Source: Gammaproteobacteria bacterium (GTDB lineage: Bacteria > Pseudomonadota > Gammaproteobacteria > Steroidobacterales > Steroidobacteraceae). Taken from it: DNA of 64,000 bases. The notes below the pieces were generated by a model. It was given only the letters and a program-made list of their open reading frames with translations. It had not been told where the DNA came from and ran no database searches. The number at the start of each line of letters is the position of its first letter. The stretch's first letter is position 1. The stretch is from NCBI GenBank assembly GCA_030040715.1, contig JASHTF010000082.1, positions 31 through 64,030 of the forward strand, written 5' to 3'. A program made the translations under genes and the position numbers. This document shows positions 28,725 to 36,419 of the stretch, in pieces.

Positions 28725-29168
28725 ATGAGCAAAGACAATGTGGCTGCTGTTCGTAACGCCTATGCGGTTGCAGAACGGAAAGATCTAGAGGGCTGGATCA
28801 ACGTGTTCACTTCCGACGGGGTATTCACCGACAATTCTATCGGAGCGAGCTACCGTGGTCGCGCACTCGCCGACCCCGTCCGAAACTACGGCACGGCGTT
28901 CTCCAACATGCACCGCGAGCTATACCGCATCTATGCCGATGGCAATGTCGTCGTGGTGCAACTCGCCCTCCAGGGCACCCACGATGGCCCTCTGCAGCTT
29001 CCTTTTGGCAAGCTGCCCGCCACGGGTAAAAAAATGGACGCCCCCTGCTGCGACGTGTTCGAACTCGAAGGTGGCAAGATCAAGCGCTTCGACTGCTATC
29101 CAGAAGGGTCGATCATCTTTGCTCAGCTCGGGGTCTTGAGTAATCTCAACGCCGCTCTGAGCCACTGA
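28725..29168 (+). CDS. NTF2/SnoaL-like (ester cyclase-like) protein
   Basis: 147 aa. NVAAVRNAYAVAERKDLEGWINVFTSDGVFTD ... GKKMDAPCCDVFELEGGKIKRFDCY matches the SnoaL-like pattern. Confidence 0.7.
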   Translation: MSKDNVAAVRNAYAVAERKDLEGWINVFTSDGVFTDNSIGASYRGRALADPVRNYGTAFSNMHRELYRIYADGNVVVVQLALQGTHDGPLQLPFGKLPATGKKMDAPCCDVFELEGGKIKRFDCYPEGSIIFAQLGVLSNLNAALSH

Positions 29169-29322
29169 GAATCGCAGGGCGGAGACAGCCTCGGTGGTTA
29201 CGCTGCAAGGTGGGTCCGAATGACTTCGGCGTTGACACTTTGCGGCCAGTTGATCACATTGCGCCATGCCCTATCCGGGTGTACGCGGTAGTCGGACCCG
29301 CTGCGGACATATCGAGCGTCCG

Positions 29323-29805
29323 CTATTGAGGGACGATTTCTGGGCCTGATCCAACGGCTGCGCCACCCTCAGGTGAACCTGCACCGTGGGGCTGACTTTG
29401 TGCTGCGCTGGCTACCCCTTTCGGGCAAGGACGCACCCTTAACCAAGCAATGTTAAGCGCGCCCTTGCCAACGTACCCGCATAACACCTCTTGGTCTCCG
29501 ATTGGTGTCACGTAGTACTGATCCGCTGTGACCTTGAGCCATCCGCGCTTGGTAAGTGGACCCCATGGTCCGACTCGAAGAAAGTACCCTGACTGATTTC
29601 GGACCCGTTGAGTTTTCCCTATCACTGGGATGTGATAAATCCTCGGGGGGGTAAAGTCGAGAAGAGCATTGATTTTGAACGCGGTCGTGACGATTAGGTG
29701 GCGGTAATTGACCCGTACGAGCGCTGCGAGCGCTGCCATGCAAAGAGCAGCCGTTACTCCGTAAACGAGTAGCTTCAGGTGCTTGCCGTGCAATTTGGTT
29801 TCCAT
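29323..29805 (-). CDS. hypothetical membrane-anchored protein (orphan, low GC)
   Basis: The only long ORF here. One N-terminal TM helix (LLVYGVTAALCMAALAALV). I recognise no domain. Local GC is about 43-53% by hand count. The start could be 29841 or ATG 29805. Confidence 0.4.
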   Translation of the reverse strand: METKLHGKHLKLLVYGVTAALCMAALAALVRVNYRHLIVTTAFKINALLDFTPPRIYHIPVIGKTQRVRNQSGYFLRVGPWGPLTKRGWLKVTADQYYVTPIGDQEVLCGYVGKGALNIAWLRVRPCPKGVASAAQSQPHGAGSPEGGAAVGSGPEIVPQ

Positions 29806-30052
29806 CCGGGTGAGAAGTCTGCAGCCACACGCCGTCGGCATCGAGCGGTGACCTCGTGGAAGGTCGACTACGTCACGGAATAGCGCTCAGTGGCCGTCTA
29901 GCGCATAGACATACAATCGTCGCTTGCGGCCCTTTTGAGTCATTCGTGGGCGCTATTTGAAAGACAAAATCGTCCGCCAATTGATCTGAGCGCTGGTATG
30001 TTCGGCACCTTGGCGTTACCGTGCCGGCGATCGAGACGAGGGACGCGCTTGC

Positions 30053-30466
30053 ATGACGGCAGAGTCGCACCGAACAGAGACGGTCACGATCGAGAGGGAG
30101 ATCGCCGAGCGGATCAGGGTCGAAAAGATAAGGCTGCGATTCGATAAGGTCGTCCGAGGGTTCAGCAACAATCTGCAAGCTGCTTTAGCCGCCACCGTGC
30201 CGGAAGGACAAAGCGTCGTCTTCACAATAACAGCCCCAATAAGGCGTCCCTCGGAAACGGCTGACGTGCTGGAGAACCTATTTCACGATGGCATGCCGGA
30301 CGGCGAGCTGCGCAAAGCGATCCATGGCAATCACGTCCGGATCCGGCCGATAATTGGTGTCGCGACATGCATGCCGAAGGTGATTGCCTTGGTACACAAT
30401 CCCGAATCAGACCCCGGCGTTATCCTGGCTATCGCCGAGTCGCGCTTGCTCGAGCGCGATTGCTAG
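30053..30466 (+). CDS. hypothetical protein (orphan)
   Basis: 137-aa ORF with no recognisable motif. Called from ORF length and the absence of a competing frame. Confidence 0.4.
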   Translation: MTAESHRTETVTIEREIAERIRVEKIRLRFDKVVRGFSNNLQAALAATVPEGQSVVFTITAPIRRPSETADVLENLFHDGMPDGELRKAIHGNHVRIRPIIGVATCMPKVIALVHNPESDPGVILAIAESRLLERDC

Positions 30467-30605
30467 CTCACGGTTCTCGTAGATCCAGGAAGATCCGTGG
30501 CGAACCGTGGGATACAGCGGTCCACGTCGCTGTCCTGACGATGTGTGACGGCACGCACAATGCCGTCACTCGCTCCGTCAGCGCGCCGCGCTCAGCACTA
30601 AGCTC

Positions 30606-31175
30606 GTGAGGATGGCTCGCTTCGTCCTTCACTATGTCATCTTGGTATTCGGACTAACGGGCGGTTTCACGCTGCTGAGCGGCGCGGCCCTATACGGCGG
30701 CCAGGCGCTCGCCGACACTTCCAGCAGCACGACAGTCTACCGCTGGGTCGACTCCCAAGGTGTCGTGCACTACTCCGATCGCCCTCATCCGAGTGCTGAG
30801 CGACTGCAGATCCCGCCCGCGCAAACCTTTCATGACCCACCAGTCTCGGCAGTTCCGAGCGTCACCGTAAACATCGGTGCGCCGCCGGTGTGTCCATACG
30901 GCTACTACGACTACGCTCCATACGATTGCGCGCCCTATGGGTACTATGGGCCTGAATGGTTCTCCAACGGCGCATTCATTGGCGCTGGACCATGGTTCCA
31001 CGGCCACGCCAACTTTCGCGGATACGTCAATAGTCACTACGATCCGCGCCACGGCTATCGCGGTACGGTACCAGCGCACGGTCAGCGTCCAGACCCGCGC
31101 CGTCCGGTGGGCCACATCGAGCGCTTCCATGGGGACGAGGCACATGATGGGAACGGGCACGTACTGAAGCGCTGA
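30606..31175 (+). CDS. DUF4124-domain secreted protein with a Tyr/Gly/Pro-rich and His-rich C-terminal region
   Basis: Signal or TM segment, then VYRWVDSQGVVHYSDRP (DUF4124 signature), then CPYGYYDYAPYDCAPYGYYGPEWF and a His-rich tail. Confidence 0.65.
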   Translation: MRMARFVLHYVILVFGLTGGFTLLSGAALYGGQALADTSSSTTVYRWVDSQGVVHYSDRPHPSAERLQIPPAQTFHDPPVSAVPSVTVNIGAPPVCPYGYYDYAPYDCAPYGYYGPEWFSNGAFIGAGPWFHGHANFRGYVNSHYDPRHGYRGTVPAHGQRPDPRRPVGHIERFHGDEAHDGNGHVLKR

Positions 31176-31421
31176 CAAGTTTAGTCGGGTTCCAGCTTAT
31201 ATCGGCATGCGGCCGTCCAAGAAGAGGATCCGCCGCGCGGTTGAACAAATCCGCGAGCTGATGTCTCGTCCGAGAGCCGGATGTCGTAGCCCCGCACGTC
31301 CGGGGTGGCAACAGATAACCCGAGCCTACTGCTACCGCGCCACATCTCGACTCCACCATCGCTAGTGACCGGAAAGTACGATCGTGAATCTGATTTTCGA
31401 GGTACACACGCTCGAGAGATG

Positions 31422-32255
31422 TCACGGAAGGAACGCCAATGCTTGTCCGTTCATCCGGGGATATCGCACGACGGCGCCGAGACATCGACCGCTCGCGAAA
31501 TCGAAAGCCATGACCTCGTCCTGGGCGACGCAGTACAGAATCCCGTCGGGAGCAAAGCGCAGACCGCGGGGTCTGCGGAACTGTGCCAAGCCATCTGCTG
31601 AAAACACACGGATGAGGTGGCCGTCCATCGTGTCATACTCCCGTATGCTGGTCACCGCATCCCTCAGACCGAACGGGTACTCGCTGGAGACCACGATGTT
31701 CCCGTTGGGCGCCACCGCAAGATCGAGCGGACTGAGTTCCGGATCGGAAACTAGCCGCGACGGTTTGAGATTTTGACCTTTGGCAAACGCAACGATGGTG
31801 TTTTCGCCTTCGCCACCAGGGCCGATGCCAGACGAGAGGAAGAGCGTGCCGTCGCTGCCGAACGCAAACCCGCGAGGAAACGGAACGATCCCATCCGGCA
31901 GAATGCGTTCTCCAGCGTCATCGAGCGTGGCGGACAATGCCAGGATGGTGCGTGCGCTGCGCAATCCGATGTAATAACGTCCATCGGGTCCGAAAGTGCC
32001 CCCACCCGGGTTCAATTGGGGGATTGGTCCAGTGTCCCGTAATACGCTTCCGCGCGGATCAAGTGCCAGGACTCGATCGCTGCCGCTGTTGAGATAGAGC
32101 AGCTGATCCTCCTGATCGACGGCGAGTCCCCGTGGGTCGGCAATGCGCGCGTCGCTGCTGAAGGCGCCGAGCGGTCTGCCGTCGCGATCGAACGCCAGGA
32201 GAGCTCCATATCCGTCGCCATTGGCGCCCGCAGCACTTGTAACGAGTAGAGGCAT
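31422..32255 (-). CDS. beta-propeller protein (NHL/SMP-30-like repeats)
   Basis: Repeated strand motifs (PRGLAVDQEDQLLYLNSGSDRVLALD, PFPRGFAFGSDGTLFLSS, PLDLAVAPNGNIVVSS, PRGLRFAPDGILYCVAQ). The start is uncertain between ATG 32255 and GTG 32300. Confidence 0.6.
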   Translation of the reverse strand: MPLLVTSAAGANGDGYGALLAFDRDGRPLGAFSSDARIADPRGLAVDQEDQLLYLNSGSDRVLALDPRGSVLRDTGPIPQLNPGGGTFGPDGRYYIGLRSARTILALSATLDDAGERILPDGIVPFPRGFAFGSDGTLFLSSGIGPGGEGENTIVAFAKGQNLKPSRLVSDPELSPLDLAVAPNGNIVVSSEYPFGLRDAVTSIREYDTMDGHLIRVFSADGLAQFRRPRGLRFAPDGILYCVAQDEVMAFDFASGRCLGAVVRYPRMNGQALAFLP

Positions 32256-32767
32256 TGTAGTGGTATCGCGACGGACTTGCCGCGTTTGTAGGCACAGCAC
32301 CGAAGTTCCGCTGATCTGTAGATAGAGTACGACGCGGCGCGATACTTTTGAACGGTTTTCCGCCTCCTAATGGCGAGGTCCCAAGTCGACCGTGGATTAA
32401 ACCGCTCGCTCGGTAGGTAGGGTGGCTTCGAGAGAGGCTGGGCTGGTGAGCAGAGTTCCGTGGCTCTGTTGCGTACGTCGCGAACCGAGACGATCCGTCT
32501 CGCACTCCAACCGGAGCTTCAGCCATGGAGAACCGTACGATGCGGTTATTGGCCGACACATTCTCAGTGTCAGTTCGATGGACCCATCGACGGGGGTGCC
32601 GGAAGCCCCATTTACGAATTATTCGCGCAGGCCGCGCTCAGTCCGAGTAGCTCCAGCGCCCTCGTGAGGCTCGTGCTTAGGGGTGGACAGATTGACGTAC
32701 CACCATCGCGCATGAAAATATCGCGAAAGCTCGCGAGAATTTCGGACTAACCTGAGGGAAGTAATCC

Positions 32768-33841
32768 ATGAATATAGGCAAGGCCGTGATCGCGGCCGCA
32801 TTTTTGCTTGCTGCTACAGCGGTAAGCCAATCGCAGGGGCTTAACGGCACTCCCGAATTTCAGGCCAAACAGGCGGCGCTGGAGAGGAACTATCCGCGGC
32901 TGAATGCCACCGATCAATATATGCATCTCAGCATTCCCGGATACACGATGGGCGAAACCATGGGGGTCGCTACCAATTCAAAGGGGCATCTGTTCGTCTA
33001 TTCCCGCTCCAATCCGCAAGGCATCGCGCGCGGTGGTGCGGCCGCGATGCTGTGGGAATTCGACCAGAACGGCCAGTTCGTCAAGGAATGGGCCCCGCAC
33101 AACTACGCCGCTTCATTCGCGCACGCAGTCCGCGTTGACCGTGGTGACAATGTGTGGCAGGTCGATGAGGGCTCGGGCATGATCGTCAAATACAACCCGC
33201 AGGGCCAGCAGATTTTGTGGCTTGGGCGCACTCCGGAAGCGATCGATTACCTCGAAGAGAATGTGGAAAGCCTGAAATACAGTCACCCATCGGTCCCCGA
33301 GCCAGGGCGGCCGGTCGGCACGAAAGGCGAATTCAACCGTGAAACCGACGTTGCCTTTGATTCACGGGGCAATATTTTTGTGGCAGACGGCTACGGTAAC
33401 TCGCGGGTCGTGAAGATTTCGCCGGACGGTCATTGGCTGAAGATGGTCGGTACCTATGGCGCCGGCCGGGACCAGTTCAACACCCCGCACTCCATTGCCG
33501 TGGATGCTCAGAATAACGTCTATGTCGCCGATCGGGAAAATTTTCGGATCCAGGTCTACGATGATAATCTGAACTATGAGCGCACCATCACCGGCATTGG
33601 TGCGCCGTGGGCTTTATGCATCACCGATACCTCGCCGCAAAACATGTTCAGCGGCGACGGCAATGGGAAGATCTACAAAATGGATATGAGCGGAAAAGTA
33701 CTCGGCATGACCGTGACGGGCCAGGATCATGGCTCCGAGGATACCGGTGACCTGGTCCATTCTCTGGATTGCCGTAGCCCCCACGTCGTCTATATTGGCT
33801 CCGCCTCGATGTTCGATGTTCAGAAGCTGACCATCAAGTAG
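32768..33841 (+). CDS. secreted NHL-repeat protein resembling peptidyl-alpha-hydroxyglycine alpha-amidating lyase (PAL)
   Basis: Signal peptide. FVADGYGNSRVVKISPDG and VYVADRENFRIQVYD closely resemble the DGYCNSR and ADRENGRIQ segments of the PAL domain of eukaryotic PAM, as I recall them. Confidence 0.75.
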   Translation: MNIGKAVIAAAFLLAATAVSQSQGLNGTPEFQAKQAALERNYPRLNATDQYMHLSIPGYTMGETMGVATNSKGHLFVYSRSNPQGIARGGAAAMLWEFDQNGQFVKEWAPHNYAASFAHAVRVDRGDNVWQVDEGSGMIVKYNPQGQQILWLGRTPEAIDYLEENVESLKYSHPSVPEPGRPVGTKGEFNRETDVAFDSRGNIFVADGYGNSRVVKISPDGHWLKMVGTYGAGRDQFNTPHSIAVDAQNNVYVADRENFRIQVYDDNLNYERTITGIGAPWALCITDTSPQNMFSGDGNGKIYKMDMSGKVLGMTVTGQDHGSEDTGDLVHSLDCRSPHVVYIGSASMFDVQKLTIK

Positions 33842-33898
33842 GCTGCCCCCGCGCAGAAGTCACATTCTGACGGACGTGCGACCCATTGACGCAACAGA

Positions 33899-33933
33899 CC
33901 CCGCCGGACTTCGCCGGCGGGGTTTTCATTTTT
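33899..33933 (+). terminator. Rho-independent terminator
   Basis: The 9-bp GC stem CCCCGCCGG (33899-33907) pairs with CCGGCGGGG (33914-33922) across a 6-nt loop, followed by TTTTCATTTTT. It lies 58 nt after the stop of the PAL-like gene. Coordinates cross-checked against tracked ORF 33876. Confidence 0.8.
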
Positions 33934-34085
33934 GCAACGCCCGTGATGAGCAAGCTCAGGCAGCATCTACGGACGTGGCGGACGTGGCTAAAGTAGGTGA
34001 TCGCGGGATCGAAGGTCTCGATGCACCATCTGCCCCGCGATCCCGCTGTCACCGTTCAAAACGCACTAACCTCCAACGATATTAA

Positions 34086-35264
34086 ATGGACTGGCAAGCG
34101 CTCGAGAGTCAACTGACCGCCTGGCGACGCGATTTGCACGCGCATCCGGAGTTCGGGTTTGAAGAGCAGCGGACAGCTTCATTCGTCGCGGCCACGCTGC
34201 GTGCGTTTGGTGTGGATCAGGTGGTAGAAGGCATCGGTGGAACCGGAGTGGTTGCGACCCTCAAGCGTGGTAACTCATCCCGCTGCATAGCGCTGCGGGC
34301 CGATATGGACGCATTACGCATTACCGAGACCGCCTCGAGCGCTCATTGCTCGACTTTCCCCGGCACCATGCATGCCTGTGGGCATGACGGACACACGACG
34401 ATGCTACTCGGCGCGGCTCAGATCCTGGCCACGGAGGGCGGCTTCGACGGCACTGTTCGCTTCGTCTTCCAACCCGCCGAAGAATGGGGCCAGGGAGCCC
34501 TTGCCATGATCCACAATGGACTGCTGACGCGCTTCCCCTTTGATGAGATCTACGGTCTACACAATATGCCGGGCTATCCCTTGGGCGAATTTCGCACCGG
34601 GGTCGGACCGATGATGTCGGCGGAGGACAACTTCGAAATCGTCCTGAGGGGAGTTGGCGGACATGCCTCCCGACCGCACTCGGGGCGAGAGACAATGGTC
34701 GCGGCCGCAGCCCTGGTACTGAATCTCCAGACGATCGTCGCGCGACGTCTTCCTCCCACCGAAACGGCCGTCGTCTCCGTAACCGAGCTTATCACCGATG
34801 GCACGCGCAACGTTCTTCCTGGACTGGCGACGATTCGTGGCGATGTCCGAAGCTTCCATGGAGACATCAGCGCTGAGGTCGAAGCGCAGATGCGCCGCAT
34901 CGTTGATGGAATTGGCTATACGTACAATGTGACGGTCGAATTGAGATACACGCGGGAGTTCGTTCCGCTCGTCAATGACGCGACCTGCACGCAAGCTGCG
35001 CTGGCAGCTGCGCGAGAACTTTTCGGCGAGGCGCGCGTTGTTGACACGCGTGAGCCGATTACTGCATCCGAGGACTTTGCCCGTTTCCTGCACCTGGTGC
35101 CTGGATGCTTCGCCTTTCTGGGTAATGGGCTCGATGCCTCACCGCTTCACAACCCTCGATACGATTTCAACGACGCGTTACTCGTCGATGGCGCCCGGTT
35201 TCACGCCGAGATAGCCCGATCACGTCTCCCCATGGCGCGATCCAAGAGGGTGGACCGCGAGTAA
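34086..35264 (+). CDS. M20D-family amidohydrolase (hippurate hydrolase / N-acyl-amino-acid amidohydrolase-like)
   Basis: WRRDLHAHPEFGFEE, ALRADMDAL, HACGHDGHTTMLLGAA and FQPAEE are the standard M20D motifs. Confidence 0.9.
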   Translation: MDWQALESQLTAWRRDLHAHPEFGFEEQRTASFVAATLRAFGVDQVVEGIGGTGVVATLKRGNSSRCIALRADMDALRITETASSAHCSTFPGTMHACGHDGHTTMLLGAAQILATEGGFDGTVRFVFQPAEEWGQGALAMIHNGLLTRFPFDEIYGLHNMPGYPLGEFRTGVGPMMSAEDNFEIVLRGVGGHASRPHSGRETMVAAAALVLNLQTIVARRLPPTETAVVSVTELITDGTRNVLPGLATIRGDVRSFHGDISAEVEAQMRRIVDGIGYTYNVTVELRYTREFVPLVNDATCTQAALAAARELFGEARVVDTREPITASEDFARFLHLVPGCFAFLGNGLDASPLHNPRYDFNDALLVDGARFHAEIARSRLPMARSKRVDRE

Positions 35265-35398
35265 GGTATGCAATTGAGTGATGGCTTCCGGAGTGTGGCC
35301 GCGCCGCCCCACCTCCTTCGGCCGGCGCTTTCGCCTGCGTCGACGGGAGCTTATCATTTGCCACGTGAGTACCTGCGCGCTGAGCACGCCGAAATAAC

Positions 35399-35758
35399 GT
35401 GCCGGGAGTAAAGCGACTGACGCCGGCTAAGCTGGTCGCGATCAGCCTGCTCGTTGGTGTCCTCATTTGGTACGCATTCCGAGTTCTGAAGCCACCGCTG
35501 CCCGTCGCTGTCCAGTTCCGGTCGGAGATGTACAGACCCGGGTTTGTGCTGATTTTCAAGAATGAGTCGGACCACGCTCTTTCATTCACCGCCACCCTGG
35601 GACACCCGGGACAGCAGGAAGAAAAGACGTTCGCAATTCGAGTGCAGCCTCACGGCGCTTACGAACTGGGAAGTTCGCAGGGCTGGGTCGGGCAATCGGG
35701 CGACCGCATTTCGTTGACTAGCTCGAATTACAGAGTGTGGACAGGGGCAATGCCTTAA
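35399..35758 (+). CDS. hypothetical small membrane-anchored protein
   Basis: 119-aa ORF with a GTG start and one N-terminal TM helix (LVAISLLVGVLIWYAF). No recognisable domain. Confidence 0.4.
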   Translation: MPGVKRLTPAKLVAISLLVGVLIWYAFRVLKPPLPVAVQFRSEMYRPGFVLIFKNESDHALSFTATLGHPGQQEEKTFAIRVQPHGAYELGSSQGWVGQSGDRISLTSSNYRVWTGAMP

Positions 35759-35855
35759 TCGGCCTTAGTGGTTCCTTGAGAGCAGCCGTTTGCGAGTGAC
35801 GGCAGTGGGTAGAGTAACGATTTCGAGTCAGACTCAAACAGGAGAACGATCTACC

Positions 35856-36365
35856 ATGAAACGCCTGTACGCCATATCTGCGGCGATGCTCTTCGCCGCT
35901 GCGCTTCACCACCCCGCTACGTTGGCGGCAGATTCCGCCGCAAAGGACGCAGAATTGGGTAAGTGGGAACTGCAGCTGTCCAAATCGCACTTCTGTAATC
36001 CGGCGGCAGCTCCACAAAAATCGGCACGCGAGATCTTCGATGCCGGTGGCGGCGTTCTATTGATCCATTGGACTGGCACTGACGCGAAGGGCAACTCGGT
36101 CGATATCCGCTACGTTCTGCGCTACGACGGGAAGAAATACGCATTCCCGTCGGACGTCGCAGATCCCTCGGTGTATATCAGTTGGAAACGCATCAGCCCT
36201 TCCAAGGTCGCATTCATCGACTGGGCAAAGGACGGCAAGATGCTGGCGGAGAATACGCGCAGCGTATCTGCTGACGGCAAAACAATGATCCAAAATACGA
36301 CGGCTCTCGACGCGAACGGTCAGAAGGCGACTTGCTCAGACAGACAGGTGTTCGAGAGACAATAG
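35856..36365 (+). CDS. hypothetical secreted protein
   Basis: GGAGAA RBS then ATG 35856. Signal peptide MKRLYAISAAMLFAAALHHPATLAA. The beta-rich sequence has no motif I can name. Confidence 0.55.
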   Translation: MKRLYAISAAMLFAAALHHPATLAADSAAKDAELGKWELQLSKSHFCNPAAAPQKSAREIFDAGGGVLLIHWTGTDAKGNSVDIRYVLRYDGKKYAFPSDVADPSVYISWKRISPSKVAFIDWAKDGKMLAENTRSVSADGKTMIQNTTALDANGQKATCSDRQVFERQ

Positions 36366-36419
36366 TCGCCGGGTGTGGCGATCCGCAGGGTCGTCCCGGA
36401 GTATCCGTGGGCGCGACGT

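Noticed and set aside
32301-32767. Possible riboswitch or ncRNA in the 467-bp divergent spacer
   Set aside because: I could not recognise any known riboswitch core (no cobalamin, TPP, SAM or glycine signatures) on either strand. Only the short palindrome at 32486-32502 stands out, and it is reported under the NHL finding. A covariance-model scan would be needed to exclude an ncRNA.
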